The notes: generated from the letters alone by a model not told the origin. Shown: positions 9,515 to 17,379, numbered from the stretch's first letter. The stretch: DNA of 25,635 nucleotides from a virus (IMGVR_UViG_3300022178_002055:1-25635); one strand, 5' to 3'. A program made the numbers and translations.

Positions 9515-9615
9515 TACTACCTTAGTACTTGGACCGTCTTGGGCTTAGCGAGGAGAGGCACTAAGGGACTCCCAAAGATACCGTTAAGATACGCAGTCCA
9601 AGAACAAAGGTAGTA
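9515..9615 (-). ncRNA. Putative 101-nt stem-loop RNA with CCUCUCCU loop, downstream of the tRNA array
   Basis: Terminal arms 9515-9534 and 9596-9615 are complementary at 18/20 positions. Nested UCUU-GGG/CCC-AAGA and CUUAGUG/CGCUAAG stems; the G-U pair favours the minus strand. Confidence 0.55.
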
Positions 9616-9680
9616 TAGTTTACGATTCAACTCCGTAACTCGTAGATGCACCGCAAGAAATGCGGAGATTAACTTTAGTT

Positions 9681-9756
9681 TGGTGCTTACGGTCGGGGTC
9701 GAACCAACGGCCTCTCGATTACAAGTCAAGCGCTCTACCAACTGAGCTACGCAAGC
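9681..9756 (-). tRNA. tRNA-Thr(UGU)
   Basis: GCTTGCG acceptor paired with CGTAAGC, anticodon loop CT-TGT-AA, GTTCGAC T-loop, encoded CCA; 76 nt. Confidence 0.93.
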
Positions 9757-9775
9757 ATATTAGTTTTAGTGTTAG

Positions 9776-9849
9776 TGGCGAGGGTGCGGGGAATCGAACC
9801 CCGACTTTCAGTTTTGGAGACTGACGCGCTACCATTACGCTACACCGAC
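9776..9849 (-). tRNA. tRNA-Trp(CCA) with two acceptor-stem mismatches
   Basis: TCAGT-CT-CCA-AA-ACTGA anticodon arm, GTTCGATT T-loop, G73 discriminator, encoded CCA; 74 nt. Confidence 0.85.
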
Positions 9850-9856
9850 TTTGGTT

Positions 9857-9943
9857 TGGTACGGGTGGTGGGACTTGAACCCACACTCCATTAAGGAATC
9901 AGATTTTAAGTCTGACGTGTATAACCAGTTTCACCACACCCGC
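9857..9943 (-). tRNA. tRNA-Leu(UAA)
   Basis: TCAGA-CT-TAA-AA-TCTGA anticodon arm, long variable arm, GTTCAAGT T-loop, A73, CCA; 87 nt. Confidence 0.93.
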
Positions 9944-9956
9944 TAGAGATTAGTTT

Positions 9957-10034
9957 TGGTGACCCCTGTAGGACTCGAACCTACGGCCTAAAGATTAGAA
10001 GTCTTTTGCTCTAATCCAGCTGAGCTAAGGGGCC
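9957..10034 (-). tRNA. tRNA-Arg(UCU)
   Basis: GGCCCCT/AGGGGTC acceptor, AAAGA-CT-TCT-AA-TCTTT anticodon arm, GTTCGAGT T-loop, CCA; 78 nt. Confidence 0.93.
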
Positions 10035-10046
10035 TTTAGTCTTTAT

Positions 10047-10076
10047 AAAGTGGGGACAACTTAATGCCCCCACCTT
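10047..10076 (-). terminator. GC-rich hairpin in the tRNA leader (weak terminator or processing/stability hairpin)
   Basis: GUGGGGGCA-UUAAGU-UGUCCCCAC stem followed only by UUUAU. Confidence 0.45.
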
Positions 10077-10102
10077 AAATGTTATGTTATTCTATACCCT
10101 CA

Positions 10103-10132
10103 ATAGTAAGGTATAACTGGTATTGTTGTCAA
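10103..10132 (-). promoter_or_regulatory. Sigma70-like promoter for the tRNA/ncRNA array
   Basis: TTGACA (10132-10127), 18-nt spacer, TACTAT (10108-10103). Same architecture as at 18086-18115 and 24862-24891. Confidence 0.7.
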
Positions 10133-13029
10133 GTCAAATCCACAAACTCACAACTGTCGCCGCTACAAGCCATAGTTTGCATTCCAGATGTAGTATCATC
10201 TTTCTCATAGTCGGATAGCTTACTCCAATCAATACGCTCTGGCATCTTAGCTAGTAGTTCCTCATACCCTTCCTTACCCACTTCCTGATAAGGTGCTTGT
10301 TGATAACTACCCCCATCATGAGGTAGGAACGACACCCCAGACATTTCGTCAAAGTGTTTGTAGACGAATGCCCCAACCTCGAACCACTCCTCATCCTTGA
10401 CTGATACTGTCACTGAGGGCTTATGTTCACACCAGTGACGTTGGTACATCAACCATGTCTCAAGCTGCTGTACGGCTGTCATATCGTCTCTGGTAACACA
10501 CCCTGTAGGGGCTTTAACTGGGAAGCTAAAGACTACAGTGTGGTCAGGTTTCATCACACAGGGTTCATTAGGGATTCCTTGGTCCTTCATAAGTTGTGTT
10601 AGTGGGTCTTTACTGTCCCCTCGTACTGTACGGATGTAATACTCAGAGTGTCGGGTGTGAATACCACTAGCTGAGTCCACTAGTTGTGACACTGTGCCCG
10701 AGGGTTTTACGCATGTAATAGCAACAGACTGTTCAATACCTAGCTTTTCAGCCCACTCTGCATTGGTTGCAACTGCAACTAGACGAAGGTGCTCAAGGGT
10801 CTTATCCAAACCCCTATTCTTTGTCGTCATCAGTGGGTTATCCATGATCCCAGTAAGGGATACTCCAAGAAGTCTCTCTTCCTCTGTATTCTTCTGCCAG
10901 ATGGGGCGTAGGTATGGGAAGTGCGTATAAGTAGATTGGATAGTACCTAGAATAGTTGCTAGCTTAACCTTACGCTCAAGGTCTTCTAAGGTGTCTGTAG
11001 CCCTTACCACTACCTCCGAAAGATTACAAAATTGATACGGTCGAAGGATAATTTCAGAGTTACCAGTCACAATACCATTAAAAGTACCTCGTGAAGTTTT
11101 AGGTTCAGTAAAGCAGAAGGTCATCTCTCGGAGGTTAAGGTCTTCTATACTAACAACACGTACAAACTGCCTAGCATCTCTTTGTGGGGCCTCACCGTTA
11201 TGATCCAGTCTATTGAGAAATGCCCCTAAACCTAGGTTCATGAGCTTCCAAGCATCGTAGTTACCAATTAGAATACGCTTAGTCTCTTTGCAGTCATACT
11301 CTGCGTTGCCCCCTTTTCCGTTTGGCATCATACGTTTACCAGCTGGGCTTGCGGAGACTACTTTAGCTCGTACACCAAGGGTAGTTAGCATCAGTCGCAG
11401 CTTATCGAGAAAATCATGGTCTATACTAGCAACCTGAAAGCCACTACCATTCTTGTCCCGTGTAACAGTTCCATCAGAGTCTAAGATGCCTGCTAGCCAA
11501 GCGAGTTTATGCGAGACTCCTTTCTCCATAGGCACGTATGATTTGTCCAGCATAGGTCCATGATTCCAAACACGGCGGTGTGTGTTTTTACCATCTGCGT
11601 ACACTCTACCTACGAGGCTCCTGTCACAACCATACTTTGGCTCATACAACCAAGACCTAGTGTTACCTTTAGTGCCATCACCAGAGTAGAAACCTTGGCT
11701 GTATGCCCCCATATAGTCGAAGATTTCCAGCTTCGTTTTACCTACTACAGGCATATCAAACTTATCCAGCTTATTACCTACTTGCAAATCCTCCGTGTAA
11801 ACGAACTCATTACCTACACACCAACGGTGGTTGTCCGTGCAGTCAAGGTAAGACCCATCAGAGAGTGTCACCCGGTATAGGTTAGCTTCCCCAGCCTCAT
11901 AGGGGTACACAAGTTCCCAAGACTCTCCGTTCCAGATTGTAGTTGGTTGACCTACTGCCTCCGAGATAGGCTCATAACCTGTGCTAGTGAGTATGAGAGT
12001 GTCCCCTGAGACACAACAGGGGTTAGTTCCAAATTCAAAGTTAGGGTTACGACGACCATACTTAGCTGCTTGTTTACGTGAGGCTACCCTATTAAAGATT
12101 CCACGTTCACCAGACTTACTCTCAACTAGTGCAGTCCACTCACGTAGGAAGGTCTCTACATCAGGCTTCTCAGTGTAGCATACTGAGTTGTTAGCTAAGC
12201 CTCGTTGAGCTTGTGTCTCCCACCACTGACCACTCTTAGCGTGACGCATACGGTCATCAGAGAGGTTAGAGAGAGAGATCATAGCTGAACGACGAACACC
12301 CCCAACTACCACTACCTCGCCAATCTTACACATAATATCGTGGCACTCAATGGAGGAGAGCTTACGCCCAACTGCACCTTTGAACTTTTGGATAGTGAAG
12401 TTGAAGAGGTCAATAAGTGGCGCTGGGCCAGATGCACGACCACCAAAGGTCTTGAGTTTAGCGCCAGCTGGACGAACCTTAGAGGTATCCCACTTAGGAA
12501 TCTCCCCAGCCCATAGGAGAGAGAGCACTTGACGATAAGACTTGGCCCAACCCTCTTTGCTATCTTTAACCATAACGACTGTACCACTATCAAACATACG
12601 CTCTGGTACATCAGGTAGCTTAGATACGTACTGTCGCTCTACTGAGAAGCCCACACCAGTACCACAGAGCAAGATGAACATAGCCTCATCAAAGGACTTG
12701 GGATCATCCACTGGAAGGTAAGAGCAATTATACATGCAAGTATTATCACGCTTAGCTGCTACTCCTGCAGTCATTACTGATCGCATAGAGGGCATCAGGG
12801 CTAGGTCCAGAATAGCTTCTTCAATATCTATAGCTACCCCACCAACGTAATCAATCTCAGCTAGCTTCTTGTTTACAATGTTATCTACATAGCGTGTTAC
12901 TGTTTCTCCCCAATTCTCTCGTCGTTTTTCTTCTGGCAACCATCGGGCATATCTCGAAGTTGCAATGAAGGTCTGGTAGTCTGTAGGCAGTTGATTACTC
13001 ATTAGTTTACTTAGTCCCCTTGATTTCAT
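10129..13029 (-). CDS. nrdJ: Class II (adenosylcobalamin-dependent) ribonucleotide reductase containing an intein; start may be ATG 13002
   Basis: PSMR, YNCS, GTGVGFS, GGVRRSA, TNPC/SEI, FCNLSE, TCVKPSGT, C-terminal Cys pair (CSGDSC). No NrdB/R2 gene nearby. Confidence 0.93.
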   Translation of the reverse strand: MKSRGLSKLMSNQLPTDYQTFIATSRYARWLPEEKRRENWGETVTRYVDNIVNKKLAEIDYVGGVAIDIEEAILDLALMPSMRSVMTAGVAAKRDNTCMYNCSYLPVDDPKSFDEAMFILLCGTGVGFSVERQYVSKLPDVPERMFDSGTVVMVKDSKEGWAKSYRQVLSLLWAGEIPKWDTSKVRPAGAKLKTFGGRASGPAPLIDLFNFTIQKFKGAVGRKLSSIECHDIMCKIGEVVVVGGVRRSAMISLSNLSDDRMRHAKSGQWWETQAQRGLANNSVCYTEKPDVETFLREWTALVESKSGERGIFNRVASRKQAAKYGRRNPNFEFGTNPCCVSGDTLILTSTGYEPISEAVGQPTTIWNGESWELVYPYEAGEANLYRVTLSDGSYLDCTDNHRWCVGNEFVYTEDLQVGNKLDKFDMPVVGKTKLEIFDYMGAYSQGFYSGDGTKGNTRSWLYEPKYGCDRSLVGRVYADGKNTHRRVWNHGPMLDKSYVPMEKGVSHKLAWLAGILDSDGTVTRDKNGSGFQVASIDHDFLDKLRLMLTTLGVRAKVVSASPAGKRMMPNGKGGNAEYDCKETKRILIGNYDAWKLMNLGLGAFLNRLDHNGEAPQRDARQFVRVVSIEDLNLREMTFCFTEPKTSRGTFNGIVTGNSEIILRPYQFCNLSEVVVRATDTLEDLERKVKLATILGTIQSTYTHFPYLRPIWQKNTEEERLLGVSLTGIMDNPLMTTKNRGLDKTLEHLRLVAVATNAEWAEKLGIEQSVAITCVKPSGTVSQLVDSASGIHTRHSEYYIRTVRGDSKDPLTQLMKDQGIPNEPCVMKPDHTVVFSFPVKAPTGCVTRDDMTAVQQLETWLMYQRHWCEHKPSVTVSVKDEEWFEVGAFVYKHFDEMSGVSFLPHDGGSYQQAPYQEVGKEGYEELLAKMPERIDWSKLSDYEKDDTTSGMQTMACSGDSCEFVDLT
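11059..12015 (-). mobile_element. Intein with LAGLIDADG homing endonuclease (319 aa) in nrdJ
   Basis: Block A CVSGDTLILT, block B CTDNH (TxxH), LAGLIDADG helices QGFYSGDG and LAGILDSDG, blocks F/G TFCFTEP...FNGIVTGN then Ser+1. Removal restores GTNPCSEIILRP. Confidence 0.92.
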
Positions 13030-13051
13030 TAAGTCTATTATAGTACTGGTA

Positions 13052-13480
13052 TTAAACTAGATCACCTAAATCCACCTTAGGGTAATCCTTATTCTTCATA
13101 ATTTTTCCGTCTCCTCTACGTTGCACTGTGCCATCTGGTTGCACACAACGCCCTACATTATTCTGGTGCACCCTACGTAGACCTTCATCTAAGTCCCAGC
13201 CACGTACATTGGCATACCCGTAGATTACGTACACTAGATCAGAAAGTTCTTTAAGCTCTTTAACGGGGTTGTAGTCATCCAACTCATCAATGTAATTGAA
13301 GAACTCCTCTTGCCACTCTAGGTACTCTTCATCAATAAGCTTCACCGAGAGTTCGGCACTTGGGACTTGCCCAGTAACCTTAACGAACTCCTGAACCATA
13401 CCAATCACACTCTTGGGTGGCTTCATAGGTTTGGATTGTTCATAGTAACCAAAACCATCTAGATCATCTTCAGATACCAT
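13052..13480 (-). CDS. MazG-like/all-alpha nucleotide pyrophosphohydrolase (DR2231/PRA-PH type)
   Basis: LIDEEYLE, KELSDLVYV.YG, RVHQNN and GKIMK..DY.KVDL motifs. Confidence 0.8.
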   Translation of the reverse strand: MVSEDDLDGFGYYEQSKPMKPPKSVIGMVQEFVKVTGQVPSAELSVKLIDEEYLEWQEEFFNYIDELDDYNPVKELKELSDLVYVIYGYANVRGWDLDEGLRRVHQNNVGRCVQPDGTVQRRGDGKIMKNKDYPKVDLGDLV

Positions 13481-13483
13481 ACC

Positions 13484-13645
13484 CTAGTCCTCCATCACAT
13501 CAATATCATGAACCTTAATGTCATCAATATCAAAGATTGCATACTGTATAAGCTCTTGGATAACCTCTAGGTTTGTCTCCCTGTTGGTCTCCAAGAAGTT
13601 CGCTTCAGGGTCAACCGATATAAGCATTGTTACTTGGTATTTCAA
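13484..13645 (-). CDS. Small acidic hypothetical protein (53 aa), missed by the ORF track
   Basis: AAGGAG, 8 nt, then TTG start overlapping the upstream TGA. Reads MKYQVTMLISVDPEANFLETNRETNLEVIQELIQYAIFDIDDIKVHDIDVMED* and fills the gap exactly. Confidence 0.7.
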   Translation of the reverse strand: MKYQVTMLISVDPEANFLETNRETNLEVIQELIQYAIFDIDDIKVHDIDVMED

Positions 13646-14421
13646 GACCCGTACTCCTTTTTAAGTCTACTAAGAGAAACAAACTCTGGCTCATACGTAC
13701 CATTGCAAATCTCTCTTTTGATGATTACACCTTTCCACCAGTCGTTGTTGGCTTGCCCTGCCCAGTCCTCCTCAGCACCCTTAAAGCAGCCCGCTACGAG
13801 GCCAACGATACCTTGTGGGTGTGCACCGTCCTTAAAGTAGATACCCCTCTTGTGGGAGTGCCCACAGGTGCTGGAGCTGTTGCGATTTTGGAGTAGTGCA
13901 TAGGCATGGTGGATACCTGACACAGCCGACCCAAAGTTACCTGCACTAAAGAAGTGTGCATAAGATACCCCATCGTAGTCAGCAATGGCTGGAGCTGAGT
14001 TGTGGTAGTTATAGTACTCATCAAACCAATGGTCAGTTTGAAGATGACTAAAGCTAATACCATACTTCTCCCCCTCAAGTCTTGGGTCAGAGGCTAGTGC
14101 ACGACTATAGCGATTTTCGTGGTTGCCAGCAAAACCAATGCGAAAGGGTCTTTTCTTCTTTTTCTCTCTAAAACGGTCCCATAGAATCCCTTGTGACTCA
14201 TTATAATTCTCTACATCTGCCTGATAACTTTGAGACACAATCTTCTGTGGGTAACGTGTGTCAAAGGAATTGAGGCTTCTCATATCTGCCCCATCACCTA
14301 GATCAATGGTATAGTCTGGTTTGATATCCTCAATAAGCTGACCTAACCAGTGGAACCTTTCGTTGCTCACACTGGGGTCAGCATGTGCACAACTCCACAC
14401 AACTGCTGTCTTACCTGCCAT
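13642..14421 (-). CDS. Calcineurin-like metallophosphoesterase
   Basis: Motifs SCAH, LGDGAD, GNHENR, YAH, GHSH. Confidence 0.85.
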   Translation of the reverse strand: MAGKTAVVWSCAHADPSVSNERFHWLGQLIEDIKPDYTIDLGDGADMRSLNSFDTRYPQKIVSQSYQADVENYNESQGILWDRFREKKKKRPFRIGFAGNHENRYSRALASDPRLEGEKYGISFSHLQTDHWFDEYYNYHNSAPAIADYDGVSYAHFFSAGNFGSAVSGIHHAYALLQNRNSSSTCGHSHKRGIYFKDGAHPQGIVGLVAGCFKGAEEDWAGQANNDWWKGVIIKREICNGTYEPEFVSLSRLKKEYGS

Positions 14422-14424
14422 GTT

Positions 14425-14799
14425 CTATTGTTTCCAATCTGTCTGTTCGTTATCACTGTCTGCATAAGCTATTTCGATAGGTTCAACTGATTTGTTGAAG
14501 TGTTGTACCCAAGCGTAGGCATCATTGAACTCACTAAACCAATAATTAATTGTAGTAATCTCCCCATCAATCTCTACCTTACAGACGTTGAGGTAGTTGG
14601 AAGGATACTCGTCTCCGAAGTAGGGTAGATCACTAGGAAGGTCCTCAGAGCTTATAGGGCCCTCTAGCACCCCCCAGATACGGACCCCATTACTCTTCTT
14701 GCTAGGAGAACCCTTTCCACTTTTGGAGGTAGTGGTAAGCTGAGGCTTGCCGGATAGCCAAGAGAGTGGCCCAGATACGATTGGAATCTTCATGGTCAT
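14425..14799 (-). CDS. Hypothetical protein (start 14799 or 14793)
   Basis: GAGGAG precedes TTG-ATG-ACC-ATG. Overlaps the upstream ORF in another frame. Confidence 0.55.
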   Translation of the reverse strand: MTMKIPIVSGPLSWLSGKPQLTTTSKSGKGSPSKKSNGVRIWGVLEGPISSEDLPSDLPYFGDEYPSNYLNVCKVEIDGEITTINYWFSEFNDAYAWVQHFNKSVEPIEIAYADSDNEQTDWKQ

Positions 14800-14896
14800 C
14801 AATCTCCTCGATAGTATATGGTTGAATATTACTAGTCATTGGTGGTGGGCTAGCCCGTAAGAGTTGGGACCCCAGATCATTATCTACTAATGTCAT
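14702..14896 (-). CDS. Hypothetical protein (64 aa)
   Basis: ATGA-coupled to the endonuclease stop, with AAGGAG RBS. Confidence 0.55.
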   Translation of the reverse strand: MTLVDNDLGSQLLRASPPPMTSNIQPYTIEEIDDHEDSNRIWATLLAIRQASAYHYLQKWKGFS

Positions 14897-15312
14897 TTCT
14901 TCTTTCTCTCCTTAAGCCACTCATTAGGTATCAACTTGTCCGCATAAAGAAATCCCTTCTGATTACACCAACCACCATAAGTATTCTTGGAACCTTTATA
15001 GAGTGGGCTATGTGATCTAGAGAACACGAACCTGATATCTAACTCTGGGTGTTGCTCCTTAATCAGGAGGTGTTTCTTTCTATCTGCAGTTGAGAATAAA
15101 CCCTTCCCCTCAATGATGATACCGTTACTTAGGATAAAGTCAGGTGTATAAGTGTGGTTACTCTCAGGGATAGTATATTTAATCTTATCCTTCTCATAAC
15201 TATACTTAACGCCTAGACCTTGAAGCTGAAGGGCTATGTTGTCCTCCAAGCCAGAGAGGTGCCCCAGCTTGGTTCTATTACTTTGTTTCTCACCTAAGTA
15301 CCTACGTTTCAT
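14893..15312 (-). CDS. Endonuclease I / Holliday junction resolvase (T7 gp3-like)
   Basis: SGLE, YE...KY, YTPDF, IEGKG.F and DRKKH motifs. Confidence 0.9.
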   Translation of the reverse strand: MKRRYLGEKQSNRTKLGHLSGLEDNIALQLQGLGVKYSYEKDKIKYTIPESNHTYTPDFILSNGIIIEGKGLFSTADRKKHLLIKEQHPELDIRFVFSRSHSPLYKGSKNTYGGWCNQKGFLYADKLIPNEWLKERKKK

Positions 15313-16019
15313 ACCTTAGGTGGCTCCCAGATTTCATTAGGTGTACGTCTCAACCAAAGGAGTCTGGCATTCTCGATCACCCTAGCTACATTGCCATTAT
15401 ACATTTTAATACATACCTGAAAGAGTTGCCCTTCAGTCTTGCACTTCTCTAGGGCCTTCTTAGCTTTGACTGGTCCGACACCCATTAAGCCAATGATATT
15501 ATCTACCTTATCCCCAGTCAATACTTGTTCATAAAAGAATTGAGTTCCTTGCCACTTAGTTACTTTAGTTAAGGTGTACTTAGTTGGGTTGTAGTGGTAG
15601 CAAGGTATCTGGAGCATATCTTTATCAATGGAGACGACAATAGAACCCTCTCCAACCTCTGTGGCCTTAATCCCAATGCAGTCATCGGCTTCCTCACCAC
15701 TGGATACCTCAGCTTCCCAGTAGCTAACTAGGTGGTCTCTGATTGCTTGGATATGGATTGGCTTGGGTACATCCTTTCTATTACCCTTGTAGGGTGCAGT
15801 AATCCCAATGGCCTCTCTGAAGTTACCTTTACCAGTTAAGTAGAGTGTATAGATGTTACCAGTTTCAGGTGGGTTAGGGAGCAGCTTATCAATTACATTA
15901 CAGAGTAACTCATCAACCTTCTCAATAGCTGCTTCCTGTGTGTCATCATTCTTTGACCATGCCGCCCGATAGACTAAGACATCCCCATCAATGATAATGT
16001 TGTCTTGGTCTGTTCTCAT
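15309..16019 (-). CDS. 5'-3' exonuclease / flap nuclease (T7 gp6-like)
   Basis: IDGD, NFR, YKGNR, EADD, SIDKD and GD.VDNI.G..GVG motifs. Confidence 0.9.
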   Translation of the reverse strand: MRTDQDNIIIDGDVLVYRAAWSKNDDTQEAAIEKVDELLCNVIDKLLPNPPETGNIYTLYLTGKGNFREAIGITAPYKGNRKDVPKPIHIQAIRDHLVSYWEAEVSSGEEADDCIGIKATEVGEGSIVVSIDKDMLQIPCYHYNPTKYTLTKVTKWQGTQFFYEQVLTGDKVDNIIGLMGVGPVKAKKALEKCKTEGQLFQVCIKMYNGNVARVIENARLLWLRRTPNEIWEPPKV

Positions 16020-16020
16020 G

Positions 16021-16374
16021 TCATACTCCTAGATGGGCCATACGATCAAGTGCACGATCAATCATAACTAGCTTGTCGTAGGCTTGGTCACCACGTTTGA
16101 TCCTGTCAGTCAACACAACCTTATTAACCCAGTCATCTGGAATATCACGGTTCTCATACTCTGCCAATTGTTCTGGTGTACTATAGTAGCAGAGAACCTC
16201 ATTAAGTGCATCCCAAGTACTTACATCATTTGATGCCTCTCTTTCTGTACCACCTAGAAGCTCAACGATACTGATTGACCTTAAGATATCCTGACGTACA
16301 ATCTCCGAGATTTGATCCTCATTAAGCATAATATTAACCTTACCGAGTTTGACTTTAAGTTTATATTTAGACAT
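16021..16374 (-). CDS. Hypothetical protein
   Basis: 117-aa ORF packed 1 nt from both neighbours. Confidence 0.65.
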   Translation of the reverse strand: MSKYKLKVKLGKVNIMLNEDQISEIVRQDILRSISIVELLGGTEREASNDVSTWDALNEVLCYYSTPEQLAEYENRDIPDDWVNKVVLTDRIKRGDQAYDKLVMIDRALDRMAHLGV

Positions 16375-16375
16375 A

Positions 16376-17182
16376 TTATTTAGTTCCTTCTACCAATAGT
16401 GGTGCTGAGATTGGAAATTGTTTCTTTAGGTGTTCATAGACTTGTTCAGCTACATAGCGTGTCTCTACTTGAGTATCTTCAGAAAGACGTAGCTGACACA
16501 TGTTAGCAAAGGCACCTAGTGTTCCGCTCCATGTCCATGCAGTCATTAGGTCCTGAGGAAGTTGACCTCTAGCTTGCTCTGGTGCTACTCCAGCAGCTAG
16601 CATTGAGTTATATAGTTCAACTGCATCTAGGTTAGCTAGGTGGGCCTTACGTTCCCAGTGAGTGCCTTCTGGGTGTGCACCACCAGAGCCTTGCTTTTTG
16701 TCCTCTGCTGCCAACCTGTAGGTGTGCTTATAGAACTCTACATCCTCAGTAATATAGCGACGAGAGTACTCACTCATAATTAGGTATTCATGTTTTACTA
16801 GGTGACGTGCTACGAAGATAGGGGCTTTAACTTCAAAGGAGAAGAACCCGTGGTTGAAAGGTGTGTCGTGGGTTGGGGTATTACGCCATTGCCACAAGCT
16901 CTCTAGCAACTCAGACTCTTTGTTATTGTCCATATAGTATAGCCAGTGTAACCCTTGCCCACCAACCTCAAGCTTAAACTTCTCGAAATCGTCTGCTGTC
17001 ATACCCCTAGCTAGGAACTCAAGGAGTCGTTTATCTTTGTCCTTTAGCTTATTCCTCAAGGAGCCTTCCCACTCACTACGTCTTCCAAATGAACGGCGGG
17101 CAGCATTTGTAATTCCTAGATCGTTTCCAGTAGGGGGGCAGTCAGGGTTGAGTTGAACTAGGATTTGCTCTTTGCCACTCAT
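16376..17182 (-). CDS. thyX: Flavin-dependent thymidylate synthase
   Basis: NAARRSF, H.TPF.H, APIFVARHLVKH, SEYSRRY, GVAPEQAR..LP and LR...TQ.E motifs. Confidence 0.92.
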   Translation of the reverse strand: MSGKEQILVQLNPDCPPTGNDLGITNAARRSFGRRSEWEGSLRNKLKDKDKRLLEFLARGMTADDFEKFKLEVGGQGLHWLYYMDNNKESELLESLWQWRNTPTHDTPFNHGFFSFEVKAPIFVARHLVKHEYLIMSEYSRRYITEDVEFYKHTYRLAAEDKKQGSGGAHPEGTHWERKAHLANLDAVELYNSMLAAGVAPEQARGQLPQDLMTAWTWSGTLGAFANMCQLRLSEDTQVETRYVAEQVYEHLKKQFPISAPLLVEGTK

Positions 17183-17379
17183 ACTGTACCCTTACTTGTA
17201 ACCTTGACCGTATAACTACCAGTGTTCCTGATCAATGACATCTGCCTCCCTTGACCTGCTGTAGCCTTAATGGCATTCTCCTTACCTTGTTTCTGGGTTG
17301 GGTTGTTAGCTGTAGTCCTAAAGAAGAAACTCATTGCTGAGCTAAAGTCACTTGGGTCACCATCTATGATTAGTTTCAT
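17179..17379 (-). CDS. Hypothetical protein (66 aa)
   Basis: AGGAGAGAGG upstream; ATGA overlap with the thyX start. Confidence 0.6.
   Translation of the reverse strand: MKLIIDGDPSDFSSAMSFFFRTTANNPTQKQGKENAIKATAGQGRQMSLIRNTGSYTVKVTSKGTV

Noticed and set aside
9515-9615. Retron msr/msd, 6S RNA, SRP RNA or cobalamin riboswitch identity for the stem-loop
   Set aside because: No reverse transcriptase in the window, too short for 6S, and no SRP GGAA/AGCAG or B12-box motif seen. An Rfam scan would settle it.
9616-9680. tRNA-associated HDV-like (theta) ribozyme
   Set aside because: Only 4 nt lie between the candidate P2 5' and P1 3' strands, leaving no room for P3/L3, and P1 does not start at the tRNA 3' end.
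9517-9741. 74-aa minus-strand ORF
   Set aside because: It runs through tRNA-Thr and the structured RNA; a shadow ORF.
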